Sequence record: MN871441.1
Direction: 5' to 3' (one strand)
DNA length: 64,000 bases
The position numbers and the translations under genes were made by a program. Shown piece by piece: positions 51,567 to 64,000 of the stretch. The notes under the pieces were generated by a model. It was given only the letters and a program-made list of their open reading frames with translations, was not told the origin of the DNA and ran no database searches. Each line of letters opens with the position of its first letter. Position 1 is the stretch's first letter.

Positions 51567-53063
51567 TTAAGATATTTGGATCCTAGTTGAGCGAGTGGTT
51601 ACTTGACCATAACTGTTCTTATAAATGGCGTAGTAGAAAATTGATGTGTCTAGAGTTGGGGTAACTTCTATCTCTAGATTTTTAGAATTACCTACTTCAA
51701 CACCCCTTGAGGTTTTCCATTGAACTGTGGAAAATCTATCACAATCCGATTCTATCACGACCGTATCACCAACTTGCGCGTTATATATAACTTGCGGTTG
51801 TTTCGTTATTTTAGGCGCAACCGTACTCCACCAAATTGTATCACCGACGATATCAAGAACCAGTTTTCCATCAGTAGATACCAATTTTCCATTACCTTGA
51901 TTTGAAATATTAAATAGATGACTGTTTCCATCCATGTAAATTTCAAATTGTTCAATGGTGATGTTATTACTATTTAACCCGAATACAGTATTGAGCCCTG
52001 TATCAAGACTAAGATATGGATCTGTTATTCTTGCGTAGACTTCACCGTTTACATACAACCTTATATTTTGAGCAAATCCGTTAGATACATCAAACCAAAC
52101 AGATACACCAATACTGTTATTTCTTGGTAATGGTCTTTTCAATGGTTTGGTGTGATAAACACCATCAGGAGTTTTAACCCAGAATGTGTTAGTTTCTAGA
52201 TTTATGCCCATACCAGTAGAAATACCACCAACGTTTTTTGAAGCTATCACTAGTTCTGTAGCGATATCACCAATAACAAGGCCACCAGAAACTTTATGTG
52301 TCTTGTTCGCAACCATCAAAGAACCAGTGGTAGAGAATCCAGCGTCTCTATTTAAAATAATTGCTTCGTTGGTTAAAACGTGGGGGGTTGGTTGATAATC
52401 GATCAGGATATTTGTATTTGTAACCATAGGTGAATCAAAAGAGAAATCACCATTTGTGTTATATCTAACTCCAACACCAAAGTTAAATTGTATTAGACAG
52501 TCTTTCTTTGCGGTGAAAGTAGAGTATATACGGGTTCTCTCATCACCAATTAATGGATTATTATCAAATTTAGTTTTAAATGTTAGATAATTATCAATGG
52601 GGTCACCATTGTCCATGTATATATCAGCAAGTACACCACTATGAACCAACGTAAGATCGTTGTTTTTAACCATAACGCTTGCGGTATAAGTTTTTCCAGC
52701 CTTTAACGAAATACGGGTTTGGAAGAACATTCGACTATCAATAGTTCTGAATGTATATCCTTTCGTATTTTCATTATCTTGGTTGAAGCTTATAGCAAAA
52801 GCGTTATTTCCCGTATTTGTCGAGTTATTATAAACGGTATAGCATGGTGGAACGTTTCCAATAACAACCCCGTCAGAATAACAAAAAATATCAGTACCAT
52901 TCAACATTCGACTATTTGCTAATAGGTTTTCGTCGCCAAGGTCATAAGCTCTATGCCATGCCCCATTAGAAAAAACCCACGGTACGGACCTATGCCAGTT
53001 ATTTTTATAAATGGATGGGATGGTGTCATGCACCACCCCATTTTTATACACTTTGTTAGCCAT
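51567..53063 (-). CDS. Putative virion adhesin: aromatic N-terminal docking motif, CBM/lectin-like domains, C-terminal Ig-like domain
   Basis: KVYKNG..VFSNGAW; LKAGKTYTASV.VK; LYVNG; PKITKQP..V..GDTV..VQWK..YYAIYKNSYGQV. Confidence 0.65.
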   Translation of the reverse strand: MANKVYKNGVVHDTIPSIYKNNWHRSVPWVFSNGAWHRAYDLGDENLLANSRMLNGTDIFCYSDGVVIGNVPPCYTVYNNSTNTGNNAFAISFNQDNENTKGYTFRTIDSRMFFQTRISLKAGKTYTASVMVKNNDLTLVHSGVLADIYMDNGDPIDNYLTFKTKFDNNPLIGDERTRIYSTFTAKKDCLIQFNFGVGVRYNTNGDFSFDSPMVTNTNILIDYQPTPHVLTNEAIILNRDAGFSTTGSLMVANKTHKVSGGLVIGDIATELVIASKNVGGISTGMGINLETNTFWVKTPDGVYHTKPLKRPLPRNNSIGVSVWFDVSNGFAQNIRLYVNGEVYARITDPYLSLDTGLNTVFGLNSNNITIEQFEIYMDGNSHLFNISNQGNGKLVSTDGKLVLDIVGDTIWWSTVAPKITKQPQVIYNAQVGDTVVIESDCDRFSTVQWKTSRGVEVGNSKNLEIEVTPTLDTSIFYYAIYKNSYGQVTTRSTRIQIS

Positions 53064-53074
53064 CGTAAACCCTT

Positions 53075-56629
<3,555 letters not shown>

Positions 56630-56663
56630 TAGTTTTTACCCCATTCGTTTTATATATTAGTAT

Positions 56664-58015
56664 TTAGGTTGTTTGGTATATGTCATTAACACCCCAAACA
56701 TGCCATATAATACAGTTGTCACCTGTGGTATGGAAATAAGTACCATTGGCGTTAAACCTACCAATCCACCAAGTAGAATCAGTGTCTGCAATCCACCAAG
56801 CGTTAGCGAAATTATCTTGAAGGATAGAGATCTGTGCCTTCGATATATAATTCGACTTCATGTGTCTACCATCATCCCCAGAGGATACAACTATTAACCC
56901 ATCATAATTCCACCACGGCTGTGACATATTAAAGTCACCACTTTTATGCCCTCCGTATGGAGCAGCATTAAAAATCAATTGTTTGTCGGTTCTATTAAGA
57001 GTTACTGCGCTTCCACGGTTAACCTTGCCATTTATTTGATTTTGTTTATCATCAAATGCACTAACAGCCCAATCATATCTCACAACCGCATTTGGTGAAC
57101 CATCTTGGGGATTTGTAAGATATATATTTGGAGTGATCAGCGCACCGGTCATTGTTCCCCCAGTTTTTGCAACAAGGGTTGTTGCTCCATGGGAACTCAA
57201 CGCTTTATTCGTTGCCCCTTGTACAGCGACGTCTGTCAATGCAACAATACCCCACTGGGAAGACGATGCAATCGGAAGAGTTGCAGGGCTAATGGCTACG
57301 TCAGTTGCAGTACGGGCATTAGACTCGGCTTGAGTTGCCATTTTTACTGTACCAACTCTTGATTGAGTTGCGCGAGTCTCAATAAAACCTTTCGGGCTAA
57401 CTGCTACACCGTTATGTAAAGCCGCATTAATTACTGGGGATGGGGAAATCTTAACTATCCCAGAGGTCAATTCAGTTGCACCGGAATTTGCAGTAACTGC
57501 GAACTTATCTATCATTGCCTTAACAACATCAGGACTTGTTGCAGTAGTTGAATCAGTCCCTTGTTGTCCAATGGTAATCGTCGATAATTTCAACGTACCG
57601 GCTTTTGTGGTAGAACCAATTGCTTTTGTTCTGATGATATCCCATATACCAGCCGTATTAATTCCTATAGATGCGCTTGCTGCTGTTTCTAGACGTTCCG
57701 CGCTGGTAGCGTACCTAACTAGACCCTTAACCGTTTCTGATGCATCTGGGCGCACCCATTTGGCTTGTAGGGTCTTGGGAGTAACGATTGCATCAGCCAC
57801 GGTTCCTGCCAATACTTCCGCTTCCGTCGCAATCCTGAGAATACCCATTTTTGTTTCGGTCGCTTTCATATCCTCATACCTTCCAATTGCATGGGGTTGT
57901 ATGAGTTCAGCCATTTTTTGTACATCATTAGTTGTTGCTGGGAAATTAGTGGTGCTAGGATCTAGCACCACATCAACAGCTTTNNAACNAATNNGTTNTN
58001 CNGTANTANTANTNN
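56664..58015 (-). CDS. gp12: Short tail fibre gp12 (start obscured by Ns; approximate)
   Basis: LDPSTTNFP..DVQ, ATETKMGILRIATEAEV..VTPKTL repeats; follows gp11. Confidence 0.9.
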
Positions 58016-58957
58016 TGTTNCCGTGGTATCAATTGCAACTTTATCTTCTTTGAAAAACATTTCCCAATATCCGTAACCATAAGATGCAGGAGATCCAACA
58101 ACCCAATCGATGGTCATCCCATATTCTGACCATGGTTCTGGTGTATGATCACGAAGGTCTCTATATGTGAAGTTTATAGAATCACTAGAAAGTTTAGTAA
58201 CATCCCTCACATATAAACCATCCACTTCAAATTGTTTAAGTAAATCGAATACTTTATCTCTAACAAATGTCGGACTTACACCATCTGCAACTTCAATTCG
58301 AGTACCAAATACATCAAGAACAACAGGCATACCAGAAATTGGAGAGGAAATAGCACCAGAAAAGGTTAATGTATCGATTTGTGGTTTTCCGCCGGGGTCC
58401 GTATTATCTATATTTATAATAACAGAACCTTTATTAAGTCTTCCCACATATGCAGCATCGGAAATTGCGTTTTCAACTGTCTTGAACTTGTTATGACTTC
58501 TGGCATCTTGGATTGTTAGGTTACCGATACCACCAACAACAGATAACGTCTCTAATGTCGGGTCTCCATTAAATTCGTGGTCTGATGCTTTTCTACTCTT
58601 GATCATAGAAGCCATTCGACTTCTAGTCATATCTGTGTTTGTTCTACCGTCAAACATAGTCACGGTTACAACAGACGAATCCAAAGAACTTAGTTCCGCG
58701 CCTGATGTGGAATTGACTTCTTTAACACGACATCTGAAATAACCATGATTATATGATGCGTTTGATGGAAGAACTCTTAGATTATCAGTTGCCGCACTAG
58801 CATCAACAACGGCAGTCCAAGCATTGCTATCTACGGAAGATTCCCAAGAATATCTAAGTTCTGCATCTACGTTGTTTGTACTTGCTAAAATAGAAAGCTG
58901 GTATGAACTACCAGCATAATATGTTAGGCTTCTTGGTTGTTGAAAAATACTTATCAT
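57962..58957 (-). CDS. gp11: Baseplate wedge gp11 with an N-terminal Ig-like domain
   Basis: ~100 aa IFQQPRS..YSWE..YFRCRV, then gp11-like SVVGG..LTI..VENAI, DTLTFSG, VLDVFG, GYGYW. Confidence 0.88.
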   Translation of the reverse strand: MISIFQQPRSLTYYAGSSYQLSILASTNNVDAELRYSWESSVDSNAWTAVVDASAATDNLRVLPSNASYNHGYFRCRVKEVNSTSGAELSSLDSSVVTVTMFDGRTNTDMTRSRMASMIKSRKASDHEFNGDPTLETLSVVGGIGNLTIQDARSHNKFKTVENAISDAAYVGRLNKGSVIINIDNTDPGGKPQIDTLTFSGAISSPISGMPVVLDVFGTRIEVADGVSPTFVRDKVFDLLKQFEVDGLYVRDVTKLSSDSINFTYRDLRDHTPEPWSEYGMTIDWVVGSPASYGYGYWEMFFKEDKVAIDTTXTXXXXXXNXXVXKLLMWC

Positions 58958-61095
58958 TATTCTACCCTTAGCCATCTATGGGCGGTGGTTGTAGGTTGGA
59001 TCACAGAGAACGGGTTTACTGTTTCGTTTGGTCTGGTATAGACATAATCCTCTCTGTATTTCTTATAACCCGGACCACTCTCGTCTGGGTCGTATTGACA
59101 CCCACCAACAAGAACATCACCATTCGGATCTGCAATAAGCGCCTTTTCCGTACTTTTTGTTCCGGGGGTATTGTCAACCGCAAGGGTTACGTCGTTTTCA
59201 CCAAAAATACTACCAGCACTGTGTCTTGGTTGTCCGTTAATATCCAAATCTTGGTTATTCAGACCGTATATCGGATCGTTTGGATTCTGACTATTCCACC
59301 CAGCAACAACCTTACCCTCTGCCCAACGAACCCAAGTACCAATCCCCATATAGGTTGCTGGGTTGTTCGGGTTATGTGCGTTTTCGTAGATAGTACCAAC
59401 TGGATAAAACATATCAAACAGCATTGCAATAGAGTTTGCAGGAACGTTGATCAAATCGTTAGGATCTGGTTGTACTGTCTTTGGGGTTGGATTGAAAGGA
59501 TCAGAATATCTAATTTTCCCGGTCAAAGTAACAGGAACAGTATTGATATACTTTTTGTCTGTCTCTTTGATAATATCGTCAAGTTCAAGCAACGAACCAA
59601 TATCATTATTAAACCAACGAATCGTAATAACGTCTTCATGGTTGAACGGTTCGTTCACCACAATATCACGCATATAACCGTTCTCATCTTCGATAGGTCC
59701 AAAATCAACACCAGTAGGAACCCAAACACCACCATTAGCAATACAAGATTCTTGAGTTAAGCTATCCGCACCCTCACAAGTAAAAAACGGTATATCACCC
59801 TGTCCAGATTTAACCAATTGACGACCGTTGACAATCATCTCTAGAGTTTTTGGGTTAAAAGTCTCACTTGGTTGGAAGCCAAATTCGGAAAGGTTAAATC
59901 TAAATTTAGCAGACAGATCCCCAACAAACCGACGCCCTGTTTCAGAAACATAATCTACAGGAACATATTGGTCGGAATAAACCCGAATAGTCGCAGTTTC
60001 GTAAGAACTTCTATATGTAGCCAAACCGTCTAAGAAAGTTTCGATAACAACAACATCACCAGCTTCGCACGGCTTTTCTAGCTTAATGGTATATCCATCA
60101 AGGTCTGTTATTTTGCTAACACCAACATAATATGAAAATTTTGACGCGATTTTCATTTGAGCTAGAATGTCAGGGGTTTCATTCACAGAAACATATTCGC
60201 TGGTCAGCTTATCGAATTTCATTAGGTATGTTTTATCGTTATAAACACAAACCAAACGGTCTTCGTTAAGTGGTTTCTTATTAAGGTCAAATTTTATGTA
60301 TGTCTTTTTATCAGACTCTTTGGAATAAAAGGATACTATAGTATTCCCTTCAACTGTTCCAAATCTAGTTCCCTTACCAACAATAGTACCCCACCTATCG
60401 CTATCGATTTGTACCGGGTTAATATCAATCTTGGCTGGGTCTGCAACAGTCTTTTGAACAATAGACCCATAGTTTGATTCGGGACCGTATTCCTGACCGT
60501 AATAAAGAATGTTACCGCGCTTATATACGTTAATCGAGTTTCTGTTATAACCAGACGAGAATATATTTTGAAAATCGGTTTGACCTTCGGTGGCAATAAA
60601 TTCTTTTTTGGCAACAGTTGCTATGTCGTTGGATCTAATTTCACCAACATATTTACTTGGTACATAATCCCAGTTACCGGGAGAGCAATATACAAGCTCA
60701 ACGTCCATGAAATTGTTTTCTAATCTGTGTGTACCAGAAGACCCTTTGATGGTATTAAATCCACCGGGAACAAGAATTACTGGGTTTCCACCCCAAGTTC
60801 CCATTACATCACGAACACGAATAACCTTACCATAATCGGCTGGTGTTCCACTCGGAAGATTGACAGTAATACGACCGGTTGTTGTATTAATTACCCACGC
60901 CTGACCCATAATAGCCGATAGAGTTTTTGTGTGGTCGCTATATGGTTTCCATGCACCAGCAGCATGAGGAATGTTACCATCCCCCAAGTTGTAGTAAAGT
61001 TCATTAAAGTTGTCGTTTGTCTTCTGACCACCTTTTCTAAGGTAATCACCGGTTCCGTCATCAACACGATTACCAATAATAATTTGCTGTTTCAT
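58957..61095 (-). CDS. gp10: Baseplate wedge gp10 (712 aa, ~110-aa insertion)
   Basis: MKQQIIIGNRVDDGTGDYLRKGGQK, IPHAAGAWK, FYPVGTIYEN..NPATYMG.GTW. Confidence 0.96.
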   Translation of the reverse strand: MKQQIIIGNRVDDGTGDYLRKGGQKTNDNFNELYYNLGDGNIPHAAGAWKPYSDHTKTLSAIMGQAWVINTTTGRITVNLPSGTPADYGKVIRVRDVMGTWGGNPVILVPGGFNTIKGSSGTHRLENNFMDVELVYCSPGNWDYVPSKYVGEIRSNDIATVAKKEFIATEGQTDFQNIFSSGYNRNSINVYKRGNILYYGQEYGPESNYGSIVQKTVADPAKIDINPVQIDSDRWGTIVGKGTRFGTVEGNTIVSFYSKESDKKTYIKFDLNKKPLNEDRLVCVYNDKTYLMKFDKLTSEYVSVNETPDILAQMKIASKFSYYVGVSKITDLDGYTIKLEKPCEAGDVVVIETFLDGLATYRSSYETATIRVYSDQYVPVDYVSETGRRFVGDLSAKFRFNLSEFGFQPSETFNPKTLEMIVNGRQLVKSGQGDIPFFTCEGADSLTQESCIANGGVWVPTGVDFGPIEDENGYMRDIVVNEPFNHEDVITIRWFNNDIGSLLELDDIIKETDKKYINTVPVTLTGKIRYSDPFNPTPKTVQPDPNDLINVPANSIAMLFDMFYPVGTIYENAHNPNNPATYMGIGTWVRWAEGKVVAGWNSQNPNDPIYGLNNQDLDINGQPRHSAGSIFGENDVTLAVDNTPGTKSTEKALIADPNGDVLVGGCQYDPDESGPGYKKYREDYVYTRPNETVNPFSVIQPTTTAHRWLRVE

Positions 61096-61097
61096 TT

Positions 61098-62024
61098 TTA
61101 TGCCCCAATTGCATCGATAGATTTTATATATACGTCTATCGTTGACTGACTAATGTTTTTTATGGTCAGTAAAACAGAATTACCTGTGATGCTATAAGAA
61201 GCTTCAAATAAAAGGTTTTCTTCCGCTTTATCTGGTGTTTTGGTTCGCAGTCTAGCGTATTCAGTAGAATAAACTTTTGTATCTGCGGTACTGGTATTAT
61301 TTACCATCAGTAAAGTTTCGCATGATTCTTGAAGGGCACCAACGCCACGTTGAGTAACAAAGATCATGTGTTTAACCGCGTTGAATTGTGGCTTACTAAA
61401 CAAAACCACGTTTCGGTCAGCACCAACCGCGATCCCAGTAATAGTGGCGCTATATGAAGTTGCAGAGTCACCATAAATCGATTCAAGCTTATAATTCCAT
61501 TTCGAACCTGCTGGACTTGCTTCTGCTACCCATAGGGTTAATTTGAAATTGGAACGGTTTACAACCAATCTATTCCCACTAGCCCCGATGGTATCACCAG
61601 AACCACTAGTCCGAATAATCACTTCTTTACCAGCACCAAACCCCACAGAACCGTCTGTATTGACGAATTCTATACATTCCCCACCATGACCACTACCTTG
61701 AGGGAGAGTTATAGTAAGGTCTCCTGTACCGTCTCTGATAACAGATAGGTCGTGCATAGAACCAAATTCTACTGGGTTGCCAGACGGCTGTTCTGCCCCT
61801 GCATAGTATGCCCGAGTGTGTTTTTGATAATATCCAGTACCATGGAGGGTCTGAACGCGATTACCAAAACCAGAAGTCTTACCAATTCTGTAGTCCCCGA
61901 ACACGTTCCAAATACTGTTTATATCTTGGTTTAATTTTAAGCCGCCGTCATGAAGGGTATCACCGGTTCCTTCTTGACCACGGACGCCAGTATCAACTAG
62001 CTCTTTAGGCTTTTGTACAGACAT
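61098..62024 (-). CDS. gp9: Baseplate wedge / tail-fibre connector gp9
   Basis: QKPKELVDTG..GTGDTLHDGG.KLN, HGTGYYQK; CCTAAATA at 62061-62068. Confidence 0.95.
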   Translation of the reverse strand: MSVQKPKELVDTGVRGQEGTGDTLHDGGLKLNQDINSIWNVFGDYRIGKTSGFGNRVQTLHGTGYYQKHTRAYYAGAEQPSGNPVEFGSMHDLSVIRDGTGDLTITLPQGSGHGGECIEFVNTDGSVGFGAGKEVIIRTSGSGDTIGASGNRLVVNRSNFKLTLWVAEASPAGSKWNYKLESIYGDSATSYSATITGIAVGADRNVVLFSKPQFNAVKHMIFVTQRGVGALQESCETLLMVNNTSTADTKVYSTEYARLRTKTPDKAEENLLFEASYSITGNSVLLTIKNISQSTIDVYIKSIDAIGA

Positions 62025-62075
62025 TATTTTATATCCTTTATTTTATAGGGTTCACCCTTGTATTTAGGAGAAAAT

Positions 62076-62105
62076 AAAAAACCCGACCTAATGGTCGGGT
62101 TTTTT
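62076..62105 (-). terminator. Terminator after gp8
   Basis: aaaaaacccgacc-taat-ggtcgggtttttt. Confidence 0.85.
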
Positions 62106-63088
62106 CAGAAACTAAACACCACGTTAAATTCTTCCGTTTGATCTCTAGAACGAATTACAGGTTGTCTATTATCCATATAGATAATATTCCCACTATGTCT
62201 TTCTAACTGAGATGGATCATAACTGAGTGCAGTTGCTTTTACATCCGGATCTGCTGGTGTATTTTTAACCAAAAGTGGATTATTTATAATCCCCATCTGC
62301 CGAAAACCAGTGTTACCGATTTTACTTGATGCGGGGAAATTATAACTATCAAAATATGATCTAAACCTAAGTGTATTACATTTTATTCTACCAATAAGGT
62401 TATAATCATTTGGATACCAAGTTATAACGTGTTGGTATCCCCATACATCAGGAGATGTTTTTAGTTCATCTGGAGTTGGTACTACGATATATTCATTTGA
62501 ACAATCGTTTATCGCAACGTCGGTTGGTATTGTGTATAGGTATTCCCATATATAACCATCTTGCATGTTTACGCCATCAGAACGTCCTATCGGGAGTATG
62601 CTGAATATTGATGGAGTCCATTTACCACCAACTTTCAAACACTCTTCCTTGTCTTTAATGGTTTGAATTGAACACATACCATCTGATGGTACATCAACAC
62701 AACGATATACCATCCACCCAGATCCAATTTCAGTTGTATTATACGGGGCTGAGTTGGTAACTACAATGTCACCGATATGGAAAGTGTATGGGTCTGCATA
62801 TCTCTGGTCCCCCCAATCCTTACGGGGCACTACTGGACGAATAAGCTCTTTTTGGATCTTAACAGCTCCCAGCATTCTAGACCAAACATCAGAATACCCC
62901 TCTGACGTATCATCGGGATATGGTGGTGCAAATTTTGGGTCTGATTCATTATCAGCCCATGCTTCACTTCTCCCGAAATATGCATAGAGGGTATTTTGTG
63001 TATTACCATCTCCGATAAGAGAATAAAAGTTTAAAAGGTTAGCGACCCGAAAGTCGCTAGTAACCATTGCTCTATAAATCACTGACAT
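62105..63088 (-). CDS. gp8: Baseplate wedge gp8
   Basis: SVIYRAMVTSDFR, VVPRKDWGD, GWMVYRCVDVP, YIWEYLY, YMDNRQPVIRS.DQTEE. Confidence 0.97.
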   Translation of the reverse strand: MSVIYRAMVTSDFRVANLLNFYSLIGDGNTQNTLYAYFGRSEAWADNESDPKFAPPYPDDTSEGYSDVWSRMLGAVKIQKELIRPVVPRKDWGDQRYADPYTFHIGDIVVTNSAPYNTTEIGSGWMVYRCVDVPSDGMCSIQTIKDKEECLKVGGKWTPSIFSILPIGRSDGVNMQDGYIWEYLYTIPTDVAINDCSNEYIVVPTPDELKTSPDVWGYQHVITWYPNDYNLIGRIKCNTLRFRSYFDSYNFPASSKIGNTGFRQMGIINNPLLVKNTPADPDVKATALSYDPSQLERHSGNIIYMDNRQPVIRSRDQTEEFNVVFSF

Positions 63089-64000
63089 TATTGTTCTACC
63101 TTAACTTGGGTAGGTGGTACTGGCACAAGGAGTTTACTTACATCACGAGGATTGCCTATATCATCCTTAAGCCGTTTTTCTGACAACCGTTTAAGGTCAG
63201 AATACCTACTACTGAAATCGCTAAACAGGGGACTACCATCAAGCCTACGTGCCGATGGGGTATAAACAACACCGTCAACAGTCCAGTTCTGTTCATCTTG
63301 GTCATAATTCCTGACCTCAAATACATTACCGGTACTTGTATCAATTGCGTTATTCCACTCAGACACATCAAATGGCGTTTGTGGTTGTTCCACTTCCATT
63401 AATTCCCCAGTTATCGGGTCGAATAGAGGTACTGGATCTGTAAACGAACCATTGGGGTCTGGTACTGTTCTATATTTAGGGGTTAGGCTAGGTAAACCAG
63501 AATCCCACCGATATGATTTATTTATATCGACGATAGTCTCTATGTGTTTCATAGAAATACCCCCGTTAACCATAACAGTTAGTAGAGTAATACCAACAAA
63601 TCCAAATCCAACTGGATGAACAAACCGAATAACATCATCCTTATACCGAGATGTGTTCAATTCAGAACGAATTCTCATCATATAGTAAGATCTGTTTCTG
63701 TTTATATAATCTATGTCGGAATATGCTAGCTCTTTACCCTTAACTCCCCGAGTGACTTCACCAACAAAAGAACTAGATTCAGATTTTATTTCTTGCCCAA
63801 CTTCCAACTTCCCAATAAGGTTATGAATCGTTATTTTCCATCTTAATTGACCATCAACAAACTGACGTTCAATATAGGTAACGTTGGCTCGACCAGTTTT
63901 GGTAAATATCGTTCTTCCAACAAGATCAGTACTGATATTAGACGACTTAACCAGTATATCATAATCTATCCCAACTTGAGATTCGATTTCAATATCTACA
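63088..64000 (-). CDS. gp7: Baseplate wedge initiator gp7, C-terminal part (open to the window edge)
   Basis: RNRSYYMMRIRSEL..SRYKDDV.RFVHPVGFGF.GITLLT, RLKDDIGNPRD; frame open to 63999. Confidence 0.93.
   Translation of the reverse strand, partial: VDIEIESQVGIDYDILVKSSNISTDLVGRTIFTKTGRANVTYIERQFVDGQLRWKITIHNLIGKLEVGQEIKSESSSFVGEVTRGVKGKELAYSDIDYINRNRSYYMMRIRSELNTSRYKDDVIRFVHPVGFGFVGITLLTVMVNGGISMKHIETIVDINKSYRWDSGLPSLTPKYRTVPDPNGSFTDPVPLFDPITGELMEVEQPQTPFDVSEWNNAIDTSTGNVFEVRNYDQDEQNWTVDGVVYTPSARRLDGSPLFSDFSSRYSDLKRLSEKRLKDDIGNPRDVSKLLVPVPPTQVKVEQ

Overview
64 kb of an AT-rich T4-like myophage genome (Straboviridae-type, clearly diverged from coliphage T4). From left to right it holds: the 5' part of late sigma gp55; an SF2-helicase/PD-(D/E)XK-nuclease block; a contiguous ribonucleotide-reductase cluster (nrdH, nrdC, nrdG, nrdD, nrdB, nrdA); a GIY-YIG endonuclease; long-tail-fibre genes (gp34 and a greatly extended gp35, with no gp36/37/38/t behind it); rnh-dsbA-33-59-32; 30.2, a Pth2-like gene, ligase, dda, uvsY and uvsW with a homing endonuclease; an accessory block (HAD nucleotidase, Rnl2, LprI-like, inh, SLOG); and the head-tail-baseplate genes 24-23-22-21-68-67-20-19-18-17-16-15-14-13-wac-12-11-10-9-8-7. 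I saw no tRNA, rRNA, CRISPR array or intron. Gene calls come from remembered similarity to T4 proteins and from synteny, not from database searches. Quality caveat: the sequence looks like an error-prone consensus of two or more strains. Evidence is +strand-only poly-A fills, scattered Ns, misplaced duplicated segments (some sharing identical Ns), and frameshifts or deletions in essential genes (nrdA, 34, uvsY, rnlB, 24, 15, 14, wac). These breaks are treated as artefacts, not pseudogenes. Best biological leads: (1) a multi-foldon fibritin followed by a dedicated CBM/Ig-like adhesin gene; (2) late promoters shifted from TATAAATA to (C)CTAAATA, alongside a divergent gp55; (3) a GNA-minihairpin element between convergent promoters (candidate origin or ncRNA), plus an unexplained SF2 helicase; (4) gp35 fused to lectin-like domains in place of the distal fibre genes; (5) a secreted LprI-like lysozyme-inhibitor gene with an in-frame TGA-CTA.
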